Source: a virus
Strand: one strand, 5' to 3'
Length of the DNA stretch: 64,000 nt
Virus record (IMG/VR): IMGVR_UViG_3300034072_000514
Location: 1 to 64,000 of that record
In this document: piece after piece, positions 26,588 through 35,300 of the stretch
Layout of the letters: each line of letters begins with the position of its first letter
Position numbering within the stretch: position 1 is the stretch's first letter
Translations under genes and position numbers: made by a program
Notes under the pieces: generated by a model
Told to the model about the DNA's origin: nothing
What the model saw: only the letters and a program-made list of their open reading frames with translations
Database searches by the model: none

Positions 26588-27150
26588 ATGGGTCTCGGTC
26601 ACTTTAGTAAAACATACAAGCCTATGCTTCAACCTTGGGCTTTCGAGCTGTGGGAGAAGCATGAAGATATTCACTGGACGGCTAAAGAAGCGTCTCTTAG
26701 CGATGATGTGGTTGACTGGAAGCGTAAGCTTACACCTCTGGAGAAAGAGTTTGTTATTAATATTCTCCGGCTATTTACTCAATCGGATGTGCAAGTTGGT
26801 AAGAACTACTATGATTTCTTGATTCCCGTATTCAAGAATAACGAAGTTCGAAATATGCTAGGTAGCTTTGCCAACCGTGAAGCTACTCACCAAACAGCAT
26901 ACGCACTTCTTAATGACACCCTAGGTCTACCTGATGAAGAGTTCCATAAGTTCTTGGAATACAAGGAGATGTCAGATAAGATTGACTTTATGGCTGACAA
27001 TAATATCGACACTGAAACAGGTGTTGCGTTAGCTTTGGCTAAGTCGGTATTTTCTGAAGGTGTCTCGCTCTTCTCCTCATTTGCCATGCTGCTCCAGCTG
27101 CAAACGGTAGGTAAAATGAAGGGTATGTGTACCATCGTAGAATGGAGCAT
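26588..27150 (+). CDS. nrdB: Ribonucleotide reductase beta subunit, exon 1
   Basis: NREATHQ (first ExxH) and GKMKGMCTIVEWSI. Confidence 0.9.
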
Positions 27151-27886
27151 TAAATCTGGTGCTCGTAAAATCTATTGAATTGCTGGGATAGCTCTAGTAG
27201 CCAATCAGCAGCCAAGCTTACTGACCTGAAAGAAAGGTCAATATGAAACCACATCCAATTTACACTAAGTACTCTGCTAACGAGTTAGGTAAAATTATTG
27301 GAATTAGAGGCGAGATAACTCCGCACTTCCATAAAAGTACGGGTTACCTGAGATTTTCTATCAGGCATGATGGCAAAATCAAATCTATTGCCGCTCATAG
27401 ATTTATTTGGGAATGTATTAACGGGTTAATTGCCGATGATACACTAGAAATAAATCATAAAGACGGTGATAAGACGCACAATAAGCTAGTAAATTTAGAG
27501 CTGGTTACAGCTTCTGAGAATTGTTTACATAGGTCTACACTTTACTCCGAGACAGGTAGAGGGGAGTCTAATGCAGCTGCTAAACTAAGTGAAATACAGG
27601 CAAAAGAGTTAATATCTCTTCTACCTTATAAACGTAATGTCGAGCTGGGTTTACAATTTGGTCTTCACCCGCAGTATGTTTCTTTAATTAGGACAGGTAA
27701 GCGGTGGAAGCATTTACAATAGTGGTCAGTAAGAAGGTTCAACGACTATCCCTAAGGGGAGTACACCTAAGTAGGTGGAAGCAGTAGATACAGGAAACTG
27801 TAATGATATAGTCTGATCTATATGGCGACATATAGCTGCAAGTAAAGTTGCGGGTATTGATTAACGACCAATACTGAACATAAATG
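27151..27886 (+). mobile_element. Group I intron in nrdB
   Basis: Joining 27150 to 27887 gives WSI|RDETLH (second ExxH iron ligand) in frame. The 5' part (aattgctggga..cagcagccaagctta) resembles the intron at 52628..53392. The intron ends in ...cataaatG. Confidence 0.8.
27243..27722 (+). CDS. Intron-encoded HNH homing endonuclease
   Basis: HRFIWECINGLI...INHKDGDKTHNKLVNLE. The ORF is looped out between tactgacc and ggtcagta. Confidence 0.8.
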   Translation: MKPHPIYTKYSANELGKIIGIRGEITPHFHKSTGYLRFSIRHDGKIKSIAAHRFIWECINGLIADDTLEINHKDGDKTHNKLVNLELVTASENCLHRSTLYSETGRGESNAAAKLSEIQAKELISLLPYKRNVELGLQFGLHPQYVSLIRTGKRWKHLQ

Positions 27887-28295
27887 AAGAGATGAAACCC
27901 TACACGTCCAGGGTAACTCCCGCTTGTTCCGTGAGTGGTGCGCTGAGCACCCAGGGATTGTCACAGATAGCTTAAAGTCCTCTATCTATCTTATGGCAGA
28001 GGATGTAGTTATTAACGAAGATCGTTTTATCGAGCTAGCCTATGGTGAGGAATACGAGTTCGCTAACCTGTCGCGAGATGAGGTTCGTAACTATATTCGC
28101 TACATGACAGATTTCCGACTGAAACAGCTAGGTCTTAAGCCTATTATGGGTGTGTCACAAAACCCGATTCCAGCATTAGATTGGCTGATCAATGGTAGCT
28201 CCCACGACAACTTCTTTGAGAAGCGTGTTACTGAGTACTCAGTTAACGGTATGGAAGGGGATTGGGGATGGCCTACAACGGAAACTAATGAATGA
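27887..28295 (+). CDS. nrdB: Ribonucleotide reductase beta subunit, exon 2
   Basis: RDETLHVQGNSRLFREW... in frame with ORF 27924..28295. Confidence 0.9.
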
Positions 28296-28573
28296 CAAAT
28301 AGTATTAAGGCAACACTGCCGAACATGCAGGCTTATGAAGATCTTAAAGGTATGGTTCGGGTTGCGTCTGTAGCCCGTACCTATCACTATGCTCTCCCAC
28401 CAACAGCAGAACAGCTTTGGGACGAAGTTCAGCAGGTAGTCAACGGTGTTAAGAGTCAGCTGGACCTTAATGGAGAATTAACCAGTGAGCAATCGCAGTA
28501 CTACTGCACACTGGATCAAATCCAATCTGATCTAGCCGAAGAACTCGGTATCGCTACAAATGTCGCATCATAG
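28292..28573 (+). CDS. Hypothetical protein
   Basis: 93-aa ORF with a 4-nt overlap. Confidence 0.55.
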   Translation: MTNSIKATLPNMQAYEDLKGMVRVASVARTYHYALPPTAEQLWDEVQQVVNGVKSQLDLNGELTSEQSQYYCTLDQIQSDLAEELGIATNVAS

Positions 28574-28745
28574 TGAGCATGAATACCGTGAGCTAACCCG
28601 CCGTGACAAACGATTTGGGGACAGCAAACGTACTGTAACACCTTACAAAAGACCACGCAAGGGTGGTAGAACTAACGAAGGAATTGAAAATGACGAATAC
28701 GACGAACGCGCAGACGAGTACGAGTGCCATGAGCGAGTTGCTTAA
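28560..28745 (+). CDS. Hypothetical highly charged small protein
   Basis: 61-aa ORF overlapping both neighbouring genes. Confidence 0.4.
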   Translation: MSHHSEHEYRELTRRDKRFGDSKRTVTPYKRPRKGGRTNEGIENDEYDERADEYECHERVA

Positions 28746-29208
28746 TAGCCTCGGTGATGTAAAAGGTAAGCGCATTTCGATGGACTCAGTGGCAGGTGAA
28801 TATAAAGACCTGGCTATTGAGCTGTTTAAACGTGAGGCGCGGATTGTAGTCGCTGACCGTGACAAGGCTAACGTGCAGGCACTGAACCGCATCTTGTTTG
28901 AGATGTCTGGTAGTGCCGATCGTTACCGCACTGTCCCATTTAGCAATATCATGTTTGAACCTGCAGACCTTTTCCTGTCCATTGACAAACAGTCTGACAG
29001 CGATAAAGACCCGGCCAATGTAGCATTTTCGCGAAAGATCTCTATTAATGAACCAGCAACCAAACCGTCAGCGCAAACAACAACCCAAGCAGCACCCACT
29101 GCGCAAGCATCTGCTCCAGCCCAAGCAGCGCCCGCTCAACCAGCAGCGCAAAAGCAAGCCCCAGCCCCAGCAAAGCCAGCAGGTCAGCCTGCTCCCGCAG
29201 CCAAGTGA
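28690..29208 (+). CDS. Hypothetical protein with an Ala/Pro/Gln-rich low-complexity tail
   Basis: ATG at 28690 follows gaaggaa. The tail reads AQTTTQAAPTAQASAPAQAAPAQPAAQKQAPAPAKPAGQPAPAAK. Confidence 0.55.
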   Translation: MTNTTNAQTSTSAMSELLNSLGDVKGKRISMDSVAGEYKDLAIELFKREARIVVADRDKANVQALNRILFEMSGSADRYRTVPFSNIMFEPADLFLSIDKQSDSDKDPANVAFSRKISINEPATKPSAQTTTQAAPTAQASAPAQAAPAQPAAQKQAPAPAKPAGQPAPAAK

Positions 29209-29215
29209 AACTTTA

Positions 29216-29779
29216 ATGCGGCCTGTATTTGAGAAGCCAGACAATGTGCTTATTGAAAATGGGCTACTTTGGTTGACTGATGACGTATCGGAGGAGACCA
29301 TCCCTCCTTTGGTACGTGCGATATGGGAGATTAATCTTATGCCGCCTGAATTGCAACCTCCAATTATTCGACTGTTTGTTAACAGTTATGGAGGCAGCAT
29401 GACCGACGGTATTGCGCTACTTGATGCAATGAAAATGTCTAAGATTCCAGTAGCCACTATTGTTAGTGGTATGGCTGGCTCGATGGGACAAATCATTGCT
29501 ATGCACGGCTGTAAGGGGCTGCGCTGTATGACACCTAACAGTGTGATTATGGCTCATCAATTTGCAGCTGGTATCGGGACAGCTAAGGAGCACGAGTTGA
29601 AAGCAGTGTTTACACATTTCCAAAACGCAGGCTCTCTGGCTATCCGCTGGTTCAAGGAGTGTACCGGGAAGAGTGAGCATTACATTAGGAAGCACCTGCA
29701 AGGCCCTTCTGATGTGTTTATGACACCGGAAGATGCTCTGAAGCATGGTCTTATCGACATTATTCTGAAAGAAATCTAA
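29216..29779 (+). CDS. clpP: ClpP-family (S14) serine protease
   Basis: NSYGGSMTDGIALLDAM, SGMAGSMGQII (Ser), VIMAHQF (His) and DVFMTPEDALKHGLID. Confidence 0.8.
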   Translation: MRPVFEKPDNVLIENGLLWLTDDVSEETIPPLVRAIWEINLMPPELQPPIIRLFVNSYGGSMTDGIALLDAMKMSKIPVATIVSGMAGSMGQIIAMHGCKGLRCMTPNSVIMAHQFAAGIGTAKEHELKAVFTHFQNAGSLAIRWFKECTGKSEHYIRKHLQGPSDVFMTPEDALKHGLIDIILKEI

Positions 29780-29994
29780 TGCGACAAAATAAAATTAGCT
29801 ACGTAATATTTGCGTCTAGGTTGATTGTTCTTATCTCTATTCTTATGCTGTTCATTTTTGCAGCTATTGGATGGGTTAAAAATATCCTTACTTTAATGAA
29901 ACTGACTTTTGAAGCAAATGCTATTGAAGTTATTTGCCGAATTTTTGGTATCTTTGCAGTACCTGTAGGCAGTGTAATGGGGTGGATTAGTTAG
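29779..29994 (+). CDS. Small two-TM membrane protein
   Basis: 71-aa hydrophobic ORF. Confidence 0.55.
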   Translation: MRQNKISYVIFASRLIVLISILMLFIFAAIGWVKNILTLMKLTFEANAIEVICRIFGIFAVPVGSVMGWIS

Positions 29995-30022
29995 TAGACT
30001 GGTTGTCTTTAATCACCAAACT

Positions 30023-30048
30023 GGATCTCTTCGGGGATCCTTTATTTT
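30023..30048 (+). terminator. Rho-independent terminator
   Basis: Stem ggatctc/gggatcc with a TTCG loop, followed by tttatttt. Confidence 0.6.
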
Positions 30049-30084
30049 GACATTTATCTGTATTGTCTGAAAATAGCATTTACT

Positions 30085-31185
30085 ATGAACTCGAATTTTA
30101 TCGTTTCTGGCTCGGTTGTCCGCGTTGCTGACTCTTCTAACTTAAAGGTATTCCCTGTACTACCGAACAATACTTACGAAGTAAAATTCAATAAGGAGAC
30201 TGGTGAGTTCTTCCTTGAGCAGGTTGACTCCCTAGTCAATCCAACTCAGCTTTACGGCAATATTATTAGTCGCGCTCGTCGGGTAATCGCTACATTTAAT
30301 CATCGTAATCGTAATACAGGTGTTCTGCTTACTGGTATGAAAGGCTCAGGTAAGAGCGCCCTCATGCGTCAGATTTCTATTGAGAGCGGCCTCCCAGTTC
30401 TTCTTGTAAACTCTCCATTCCATGGCCCTGTATTTGCGGGGTTCCTCGCGGGTATTACTCAACCATGTGTGATCCTAATGGATGAGTTTGATAAGGTTTA
30501 TTCTGATGAGGAAGCGCAAGGTGGTATCCTGACTATCCTTGACGGTATGTATAACAGCAATAAGCTGTTTGTAGCAAGTCTCAACAAAATTGAAAAAGTT
30601 GTAGACGCAATGAGGAATCGTCCTGGTCGCTTCTTTTACCATTATGACTACGACACAATTTCCCGCGAAGACTTGCTTGCGTACCTTGAGGCTACACTTC
30701 ATACTGATGCACCAGCACTGAGCCGTAAACGCGCGATTGACTCAGTAGTAGCAGTTTATGACAAGTTCGATTCTATGAACTTTGATATGCTTAAGGCTAT
30801 TGTGGAAGAAATGAACCGCTATAACGAGTTGGCAGACGAAGTTCTCCAGCACTTGAACGTAGCTCCAGAGGATTCTGACGCATTCAATTACGTGTTTACT
30901 GCAACTCGCGAGGGATGGACATGCGTAGAGCAATGGGGCTCTTCAGGTAACCCTCTGGCTCGTAAAGAATTTACACGAACTTTCGTGTTTAATCGTAACG
31001 GCGAAGACGTCCCTGACTTAGACGATAGTGATGCTGCTATTGGCAAATATAATCCTAACCGTGAAAAGGTAGTTGTGTATCTGTCTCAAGACAACTTAGT
31101 GAGCTTTGATTCTGATAAGGGCATCTTTACATTTAAATCACAGGGTATCACTGTCTCTATGTCTCGTATCTCCAAATACCTCTAG
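30085..31185 (+). CDS. AAA+ ATPase
   Basis: Walker A LTGMKGSGKS and Walker B CVILMDEFDK. Confidence 0.75.
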   Translation: MNSNFIVSGSVVRVADSSNLKVFPVLPNNTYEVKFNKETGEFFLEQVDSLVNPTQLYGNIISRARRVIATFNHRNRNTGVLLTGMKGSGKSALMRQISIESGLPVLLVNSPFHGPVFAGFLAGITQPCVILMDEFDKVYSDEEAQGGILTILDGMYNSNKLFVASLNKIEKVVDAMRNRPGRFFYHYDYDTISREDLLAYLEATLHTDAPALSRKRAIDSVVAVYDKFDSMNFDMLKAIVEEMNRYNELADEVLQHLNVAPEDSDAFNYVFTATREGWTCVEQWGSSGNPLARKEFTRTFVFNRNGEDVPDLDDSDAAIGKYNPNREKVVVYLSQDNLVSFDSDKGIFTFKSQGITVSMSRISKYL

Positions 31186-31261
31186 TCTATGCTGCAACTA
31201 TCTGACAATCAAGAAGAGGCGTTAGAGCTGTTCAGGCAACGCCTACCAATAGGACTTAGGC

Positions 31262-31777
31262 ATGAGCTTAATAACATTCTCGATATGGGCAAGGCCAGCA
31301 GTAAGCGCGCTGCTTTGCTTCGCCCTCCTGAATCCAAAGACTCTGCTGGATTTAGGGAAACCAAAAGAGCCCGACATCCGTATGAATTTATCGGAATCGG
31401 AGATTAACTGCATTGCTAAAAATGCTTATCATGAGGCCAGAGGGGAGCCTCAAGAGGGAGTAATCGGTGTCATAGCGGTGACTATAAATCGGATGCTTCA
31501 TCCTAAATTCCCCTTAAACGCCTGTGATGTAGTATACCAGAAGCGTAATAGCGTTTGTCAGTTTAGCTGGCATTGCGCTAACGTAAAACCCCCGAAGGCA
31601 TCTTCGTTAGTAAGGTTTAGGCAGCTTGTGCTTGAATACAATTATAAGATTCATGATGACCCAACGAATGGATCTGTATTTTATCACACACATAGTGTCA
31701 AGCCGACTTGGTCACGTAAAGCAACGCCGGAAGTAATACTAGCAAATCATATATTTTTTAAGGAATTGCACAAATGA
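31262..31777 (+). CDS. SleB-type cell-wall hydrolase with an N-terminal signal-anchor-like segment (candidate SAR endolysin)
   Basis: NAYHEARGEPQEGVIGVIAVTINR..CQFSW..FYHT. The N-terminus ITFSIWARPAVSALLCFALL is weakly hydrophobic. Confidence 0.7.
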   Translation: MSLITFSIWARPAVSALLCFALLNPKTLLDLGKPKEPDIRMNLSESEINCIAKNAYHEARGEPQEGVIGVIAVTINRMLHPKFPLNACDVVYQKRNSVCQFSWHCANVKPPKASSLVRFRQLVLEYNYKIHDDPTNGSVFYHTHSVKPTWSRKATPEVILANHIFFKELHK

Positions 31778-32148
31778 AAGCTCATAACAAATTCACAGTG
31801 TCTGCCCTCCTAGCAGCTGCAGCCGCGTTCATCATTGACAACACTAATGAGAAGACGGGTTCGCACCCTACAGTCCTGACTGCTATCACTGAAGCAGCTT
31901 CGATTAATGGGTTCCGCAAGGAAGTAAGTGTTCGCGCTGTTAAGCTGTTTGAGTTCCTGTCGAATAACGATATCGCAGTACCAAAGACTAAGAAGAAGCG
32001 TAACGTTAAGACCTTTGGTAAGGTTCAGTCTAGCTCTCAAAACAAGTATGCTATTGCAAACGTGATCAAGAACCGTGACGAACGTGTAAATAGCCTCTTG
32101 ATGGCTTCTAAGGTTGCAGAGCAACACCACAGCAAATGGTACAAATGA
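31774..32148 (+). CDS. Hypothetical protein
   Basis: 124-aa ORF with a 4-nt overlap. Confidence 0.55.
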   Translation: MKAHNKFTVSALLAAAAAFIIDNTNEKTGSHPTVLTAITEAASINGFRKEVSVRAVKLFEFLSNNDIAVPKTKKKRNVKTFGKVQSSSQNKYAIANVIKNRDERVNSLLMASKVAEQHHSKWYK

Positions 32149-32294
32149 GCGGCTATCTTTTAGTTGAATCTGGACTAACTGGTGCTAGGGCTGTCTTTAA
32201 ATCTAGATATCACTCACTGACTCTGATTGCTCAATTTGTGTTTGAAGCGTTTAACACAGATCGTTATAAAGTATACCTTATTATTGAGGGATAA
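32145..32294 (+). CDS. Hypothetical small protein (49 aa)
   Basis: ATGA overlap with the upstream stop. It fills an otherwise empty 150-nt gap and is below the track cutoff. Confidence 0.4.
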   Translation: MSGYLLVESGLTGARAVFKSRYHSLTLIAQFVFEAFNTDRYKVYLIIEG

Positions 32295-32295
32295 A

Positions 32296-32583
32296 TTGAA
32301 AAATCAAAACGTAAGTCATGCGGAAATCATAGCTACCTTAGACACCTCTGATGTCGATGTATTTAACCAGATGGTTGCTGCGGCTGAATTCACTGCTGGC
32401 ATGAGTGAGTTTAAGGGTACAGTACTCAACGCGCTTGCCATTTACGAAGAGTACCTATCTGCTGAGCAGAGAATGGCGCTATATGATGCTGCTCGAAACA
32501 AAAGGCGTAATCGATACACAGCGATTAAAGATAAGCGTGCTAAGGTAGCTGCAGCTTGTAAGCTTTTGAAAGGCTTGAAATGA
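32296..32583 (+). CDS. Hypothetical protein
   Basis: TTG start follows gaggg, in the frame of ORF 32227..32583. Confidence 0.45.
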   Translation: MKNQNVSHAEIIATLDTSDVDVFNQMVAAAEFTAGMSEFKGTVLNALAIYEEYLSAEQRMALYDAARNKRRNRYTAIKDKRAKVAAACKLLKGLK

Positions 32584-32864
32584 GTATTAAAATTAAAGAC
32601 AGGAAAGCTAACGCTCTTTTAATGGTAAGGGCTATTTTTAATGAGTATATTGAGTATATTGACTCAAACATTAATAATTGCCAAAAACAAATGAAGGAGT
32701 TTGAAAGCAAAGCCCTCGGTCCTGACACGGGTACTGATGAGTACTTTCAGGATTTAAATAACGCTAAAACGTTCCTTAGAGCGCTATATACCGAGCGCCA
32801 TAAAGTACGTGTGGCGTTGGAAACCACTTGCAAGGCTTTGAAAGGATATGATGCAACAAATTAA
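32580..32864 (+). CDS. Hypothetical protein
   Basis: 94-aa ORF with a 4-nt overlap. Confidence 0.55.
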   Translation: MSIKIKDRKANALLMVRAIFNEYIEYIDSNINNCQKQMKEFESKALGPDTGTDEYFQDLNNAKTFLRALYTERHKVRVALETTCKALKGYDATN

Positions 32865-33099
32865 ATATGAAGTTGTGCTGGAGCGGATACAAGAGTGCGT
32901 AGCTAGTCACCTGTGTGTTGGCAATGACGAGGTACTTCCAGATACAACGTTCGAAAGCTTAGGGGCGGATTCTCTTGACCATGTTGAGATTATTACGGCT
33001 CTTGAAGATACTTTTGGTATTGGAATCCCTGACAACGTAGCTGAGGAGTTTAAAACCTCGCGTCAGGCTGCGGACTGGTTGGCTGACAAAGTACCATAA
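32848..33099 (+). CDS. Acyl carrier protein
   Basis: LGADSLDHVEIITALEDTFGIGIP carries the DSL phosphopantetheine-attachment motif in an ACP-sized protein. Confidence 0.75.
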   Translation: MMQQIKYEVVLERIQECVASHLCVGNDEVLPDTTFESLGADSLDHVEIITALEDTFGIGIPDNVAEEFKTSRQAADWLADKVP

Positions 33100-33620
33100 T
33101 GGAATGGTTTGACCACACAGACATAACACGCGAGAAAGCTATTTCTCATGGGAGGCAGCGTCTGATACAGATCGAAACTTACGATCTTAGCGTGTTGCCT
33201 GGGGTTGTGATGCATCCCGTATTCAAAAATATAACATACTTTATGATTGAGTACGCAAGAGCGTTACAGCTTGATATGGTCAAATACCCAGATAAGTACG
33301 GTAATGTTAGCTTCGACTACATCTACGAAAGGATGGCGACTGCTATAGCGAATAACACCGCAATAGTTCATAAGTCGAAGCCTTTACAGCACGCGTGTAG
33401 AGCTGCCGGTATACCACCAAATAAGTATTGGATACAGACTTATATATGGTATGATCAACCTGTCAAGACTAAGGAGAAGACTAGATTCGTATCAGGTCTT
33501 CGGCGAAGTAAGAGGCAAGGTAACATCATTGTACCGGTAAAAGAATTGGGACAGCATAGAGGTAAGCTAGCTAAAGCAAAGGCTAGGTACAACGAAAGCT
33601 ATCACAGATTATTTAAGTGA
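33099..33620 (+). CDS. Hypothetical protein with a basic C-terminus
   Basis: 173-aa ORF. Confidence 0.6.
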   Translation: MEWFDHTDITREKAISHGRQRLIQIETYDLSVLPGVVMHPVFKNITYFMIEYARALQLDMVKYPDKYGNVSFDYIYERMATAIANNTAIVHKSKPLQHACRAAGIPPNKYWIQTYIWYDQPVKTKEKTRFVSGLRRSKRQGNIIVPVKELGQHRGKLAKAKARYNESYHRLFK

Positions 33621-33628
33621 CACATAAG

Positions 33629-33657
33629 GCTCACCCTAGCGGTGGGCTTTATTTTTC
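33629..33657 (+). terminator. Rho-independent terminator
   Basis: Stem gctcacc/ggtgggc with a 5-nt loop, followed by tttattttt. Confidence 0.65.
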
Positions 33658-33670
33658 GTTCAATGGAGAT

Positions 33671-33829
33671 ATGGCAAAAGTAATAGGATTTTGTAAAGAA
33701 GTCTTTAAAAAGTTTACATGTAGCAATTGCGGAGCTATTGTATAGTATGCTCCACAAGAAGAGCGTACAACTAACCGCACTGATGAGGGTACAAAGATTA
33801 AAGGTCTTAATTGCCCAAATTGCAAATAA
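33671..33829 (+). CDS. Cys4 zinc-ribbon mini-protein interrupted by an in-frame TAG at 33743..33745
   Basis: MAKVIGFCKEVFKKFTCSNCGAIV-TAG-YAPQEERTTNRTDEGTKIKGLNCPNCK-TAA. The two CxxC halves lie on either side of the stop codon. Confidence 0.4.
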
Positions 33830-33846
33830 TTTCACAGAACCAATCC

Positions 33847-34800
33847 ATGACTGCATCCTTCTCCCTGATGTTTGCTTGTGAACCAAAAGACAAGCACCCT
33901 CTTCAATTCCCTGGCTTTGCTAGCTTGAAACTAGATGGTATCCGGGCGGCTGTCCTGCATGGACGTACATGGACACGCTCTAGCAAAGAGATCCCAAATA
34001 AATTTACACGAGCCCGTCTAAATCTATGTGAAGGTATGGATGGTGAATTCATTATCGGCCCTCCTAATGCGCCCGACGTGTTTGATCTAAGCAGCAGCGC
34101 ATTTCGAAGGATTGACGGCTCTCCTGACTTTCGTGTCTACGCTTTTGACCATATCGTACACACTAATCGCAGTGAAGATATTGTTGAAACTCGACTCAAA
34201 CGCCTAGCAGTGGCTATTCCAGAGTACAACTCCGTTATCCGCGCTACTTTTGGTGACACAGTAGATCGAGTAATTCTCTTACCTCAGCGTATTGTGAACA
34301 ATATAGAAGAGCTCGAAGCCTTCTACGAGCAAGCGCTAGCTCAGGGATGCGAAGGCGTTATCTATAAGCCGCTGGGTAAGCTTTATAAGCACGGAAGGTC
34401 TACTTCTTTGTCCCAGGAGCAGATCAAGATTAAACCACTGTCGGACTCTGAAGCGATTGTGCTGGAGGTAATCGAAGGTAAAACGAACCTTAATAAAGCC
34501 TTTATCAATGAGCGTGGACTGCAAGAGCGTAGCAGCCACCAGGAGAACAAGATACCTAGCGGTATGGTGGGTAAACTACGCTGTAAGGATATTTACACTG
34601 GTGTAGAGTTCCTCTGCTCTCCCGGCACAATGTCTCATGCTATGCGCGCACAGGTTCTCCTTGAGAAGGAAAAGTTTACTGGAGCCATCTTTACTTACCT
34701 GTTCTTCCCAGTCGGCACCTATGAGAAGCCGCGTATGAACCGCTTTAAAGGCTGGCGTTCTATTGAGGATATCGACACAACAAAGGCAAAGTTTCTGTAA
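33847..34800 (+). CDS. ATP-dependent DNA ligase
   Basis: Adenylation motif SLKLDGIRA, plus EGVIYKP and QIKIKP. Confidence 0.85.
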   Translation: MTASFSLMFACEPKDKHPLQFPGFASLKLDGIRAAVLHGRTWTRSSKEIPNKFTRARLNLCEGMDGEFIIGPPNAPDVFDLSSSAFRRIDGSPDFRVYAFDHIVHTNRSEDIVETRLKRLAVAIPEYNSVIRATFGDTVDRVILLPQRIVNNIEELEAFYEQALAQGCEGVIYKPLGKLYKHGRSTSLSQEQIKIKPLSDSEAIVLEVIEGKTNLNKAFINERGLQERSSHQENKIPSGMVGKLRCKDIYTGVEFLCSPGTMSHAMRAQVLLEKEKFTGAIFTYLFFPVGTYEKPRMNRFKGWRSIEDIDTTKAKFL

Positions 34801-35180
34801 TGCGCCTCGCTATTCAAACTAACTGGCAGTCTCTTCAAGATCACTTGGGAAAGTCTTTTGAATTCTATCAGGAGCATTTTCCAGAAGTTATCGCAAGCCG
34901 TGTAGACTCTCTGCTAGGCTGCCGATTTATTGTTTACACACCAAAGGGTATTGAAGAGCTTAGCTTTGTAGAGCTACCGGATGAAGAAGACTGCTGGGCT
35001 CAGCTTTGTCATGGAGCCGGAGTAGCTGACGCATTTTATGAAGTAGACGAGTTCGGCTTGTTAGAACTTATATGCGGGGATGCTAAGCTTCATGTGTGGT
35101 TTCCGATAGACCTAGCTGAACAAATCCCTAACTTGAAAGAAACTATAGCTAACACAAAGGAGGCTCAAGGTGAAGTCTGA
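34800..35180 (+). CDS. Hypothetical protein
   Basis: 126-aa ORF, ATG overlapping the ligase stop. Confidence 0.55.
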   Translation: MRLAIQTNWQSLQDHLGKSFEFYQEHFPEVIASRVDSLLGCRFIVYTPKGIEELSFVELPDEEDCWAQLCHGAGVADAFYEVDEFGLLELICGDAKLHVWFPIDLAEQIPNLKETIANTKEAQGEV

Positions 35181-35300
35181 TCAGTTTCTAAAATTCCTCT
35201 CTGATAATGGTTTTGAAGAGGGTCAATATCTGGGAATGGGGGCAATGTCTTTGCGATAAAGACTAGGGCCGATAATTCGTTTAGGTTCGGAGAGCCTTAC

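Noticed and set aside
31189-31407. A 72-aa ORF that is in the same frame as the AAA+ gene, directly after its TAG stop.
   Set aside because: It overlaps the well-supported SleB-type gene start (31262) for most of its length. The same-frame placement has a one-in-three chance expectation. I kept it only as a weak echo of the amber-readthrough idea.
35170-35300. A possible gene start at GTG 35170 (VKSDQFLKFLSDNGFEEGQ...) that would need a -1 shift to join ORF 35301..35780.
   Set aside because: A TTG at 35301 with a ggagag RBS explains the downstream gene without recoding, and I saw no slippery heptamer.
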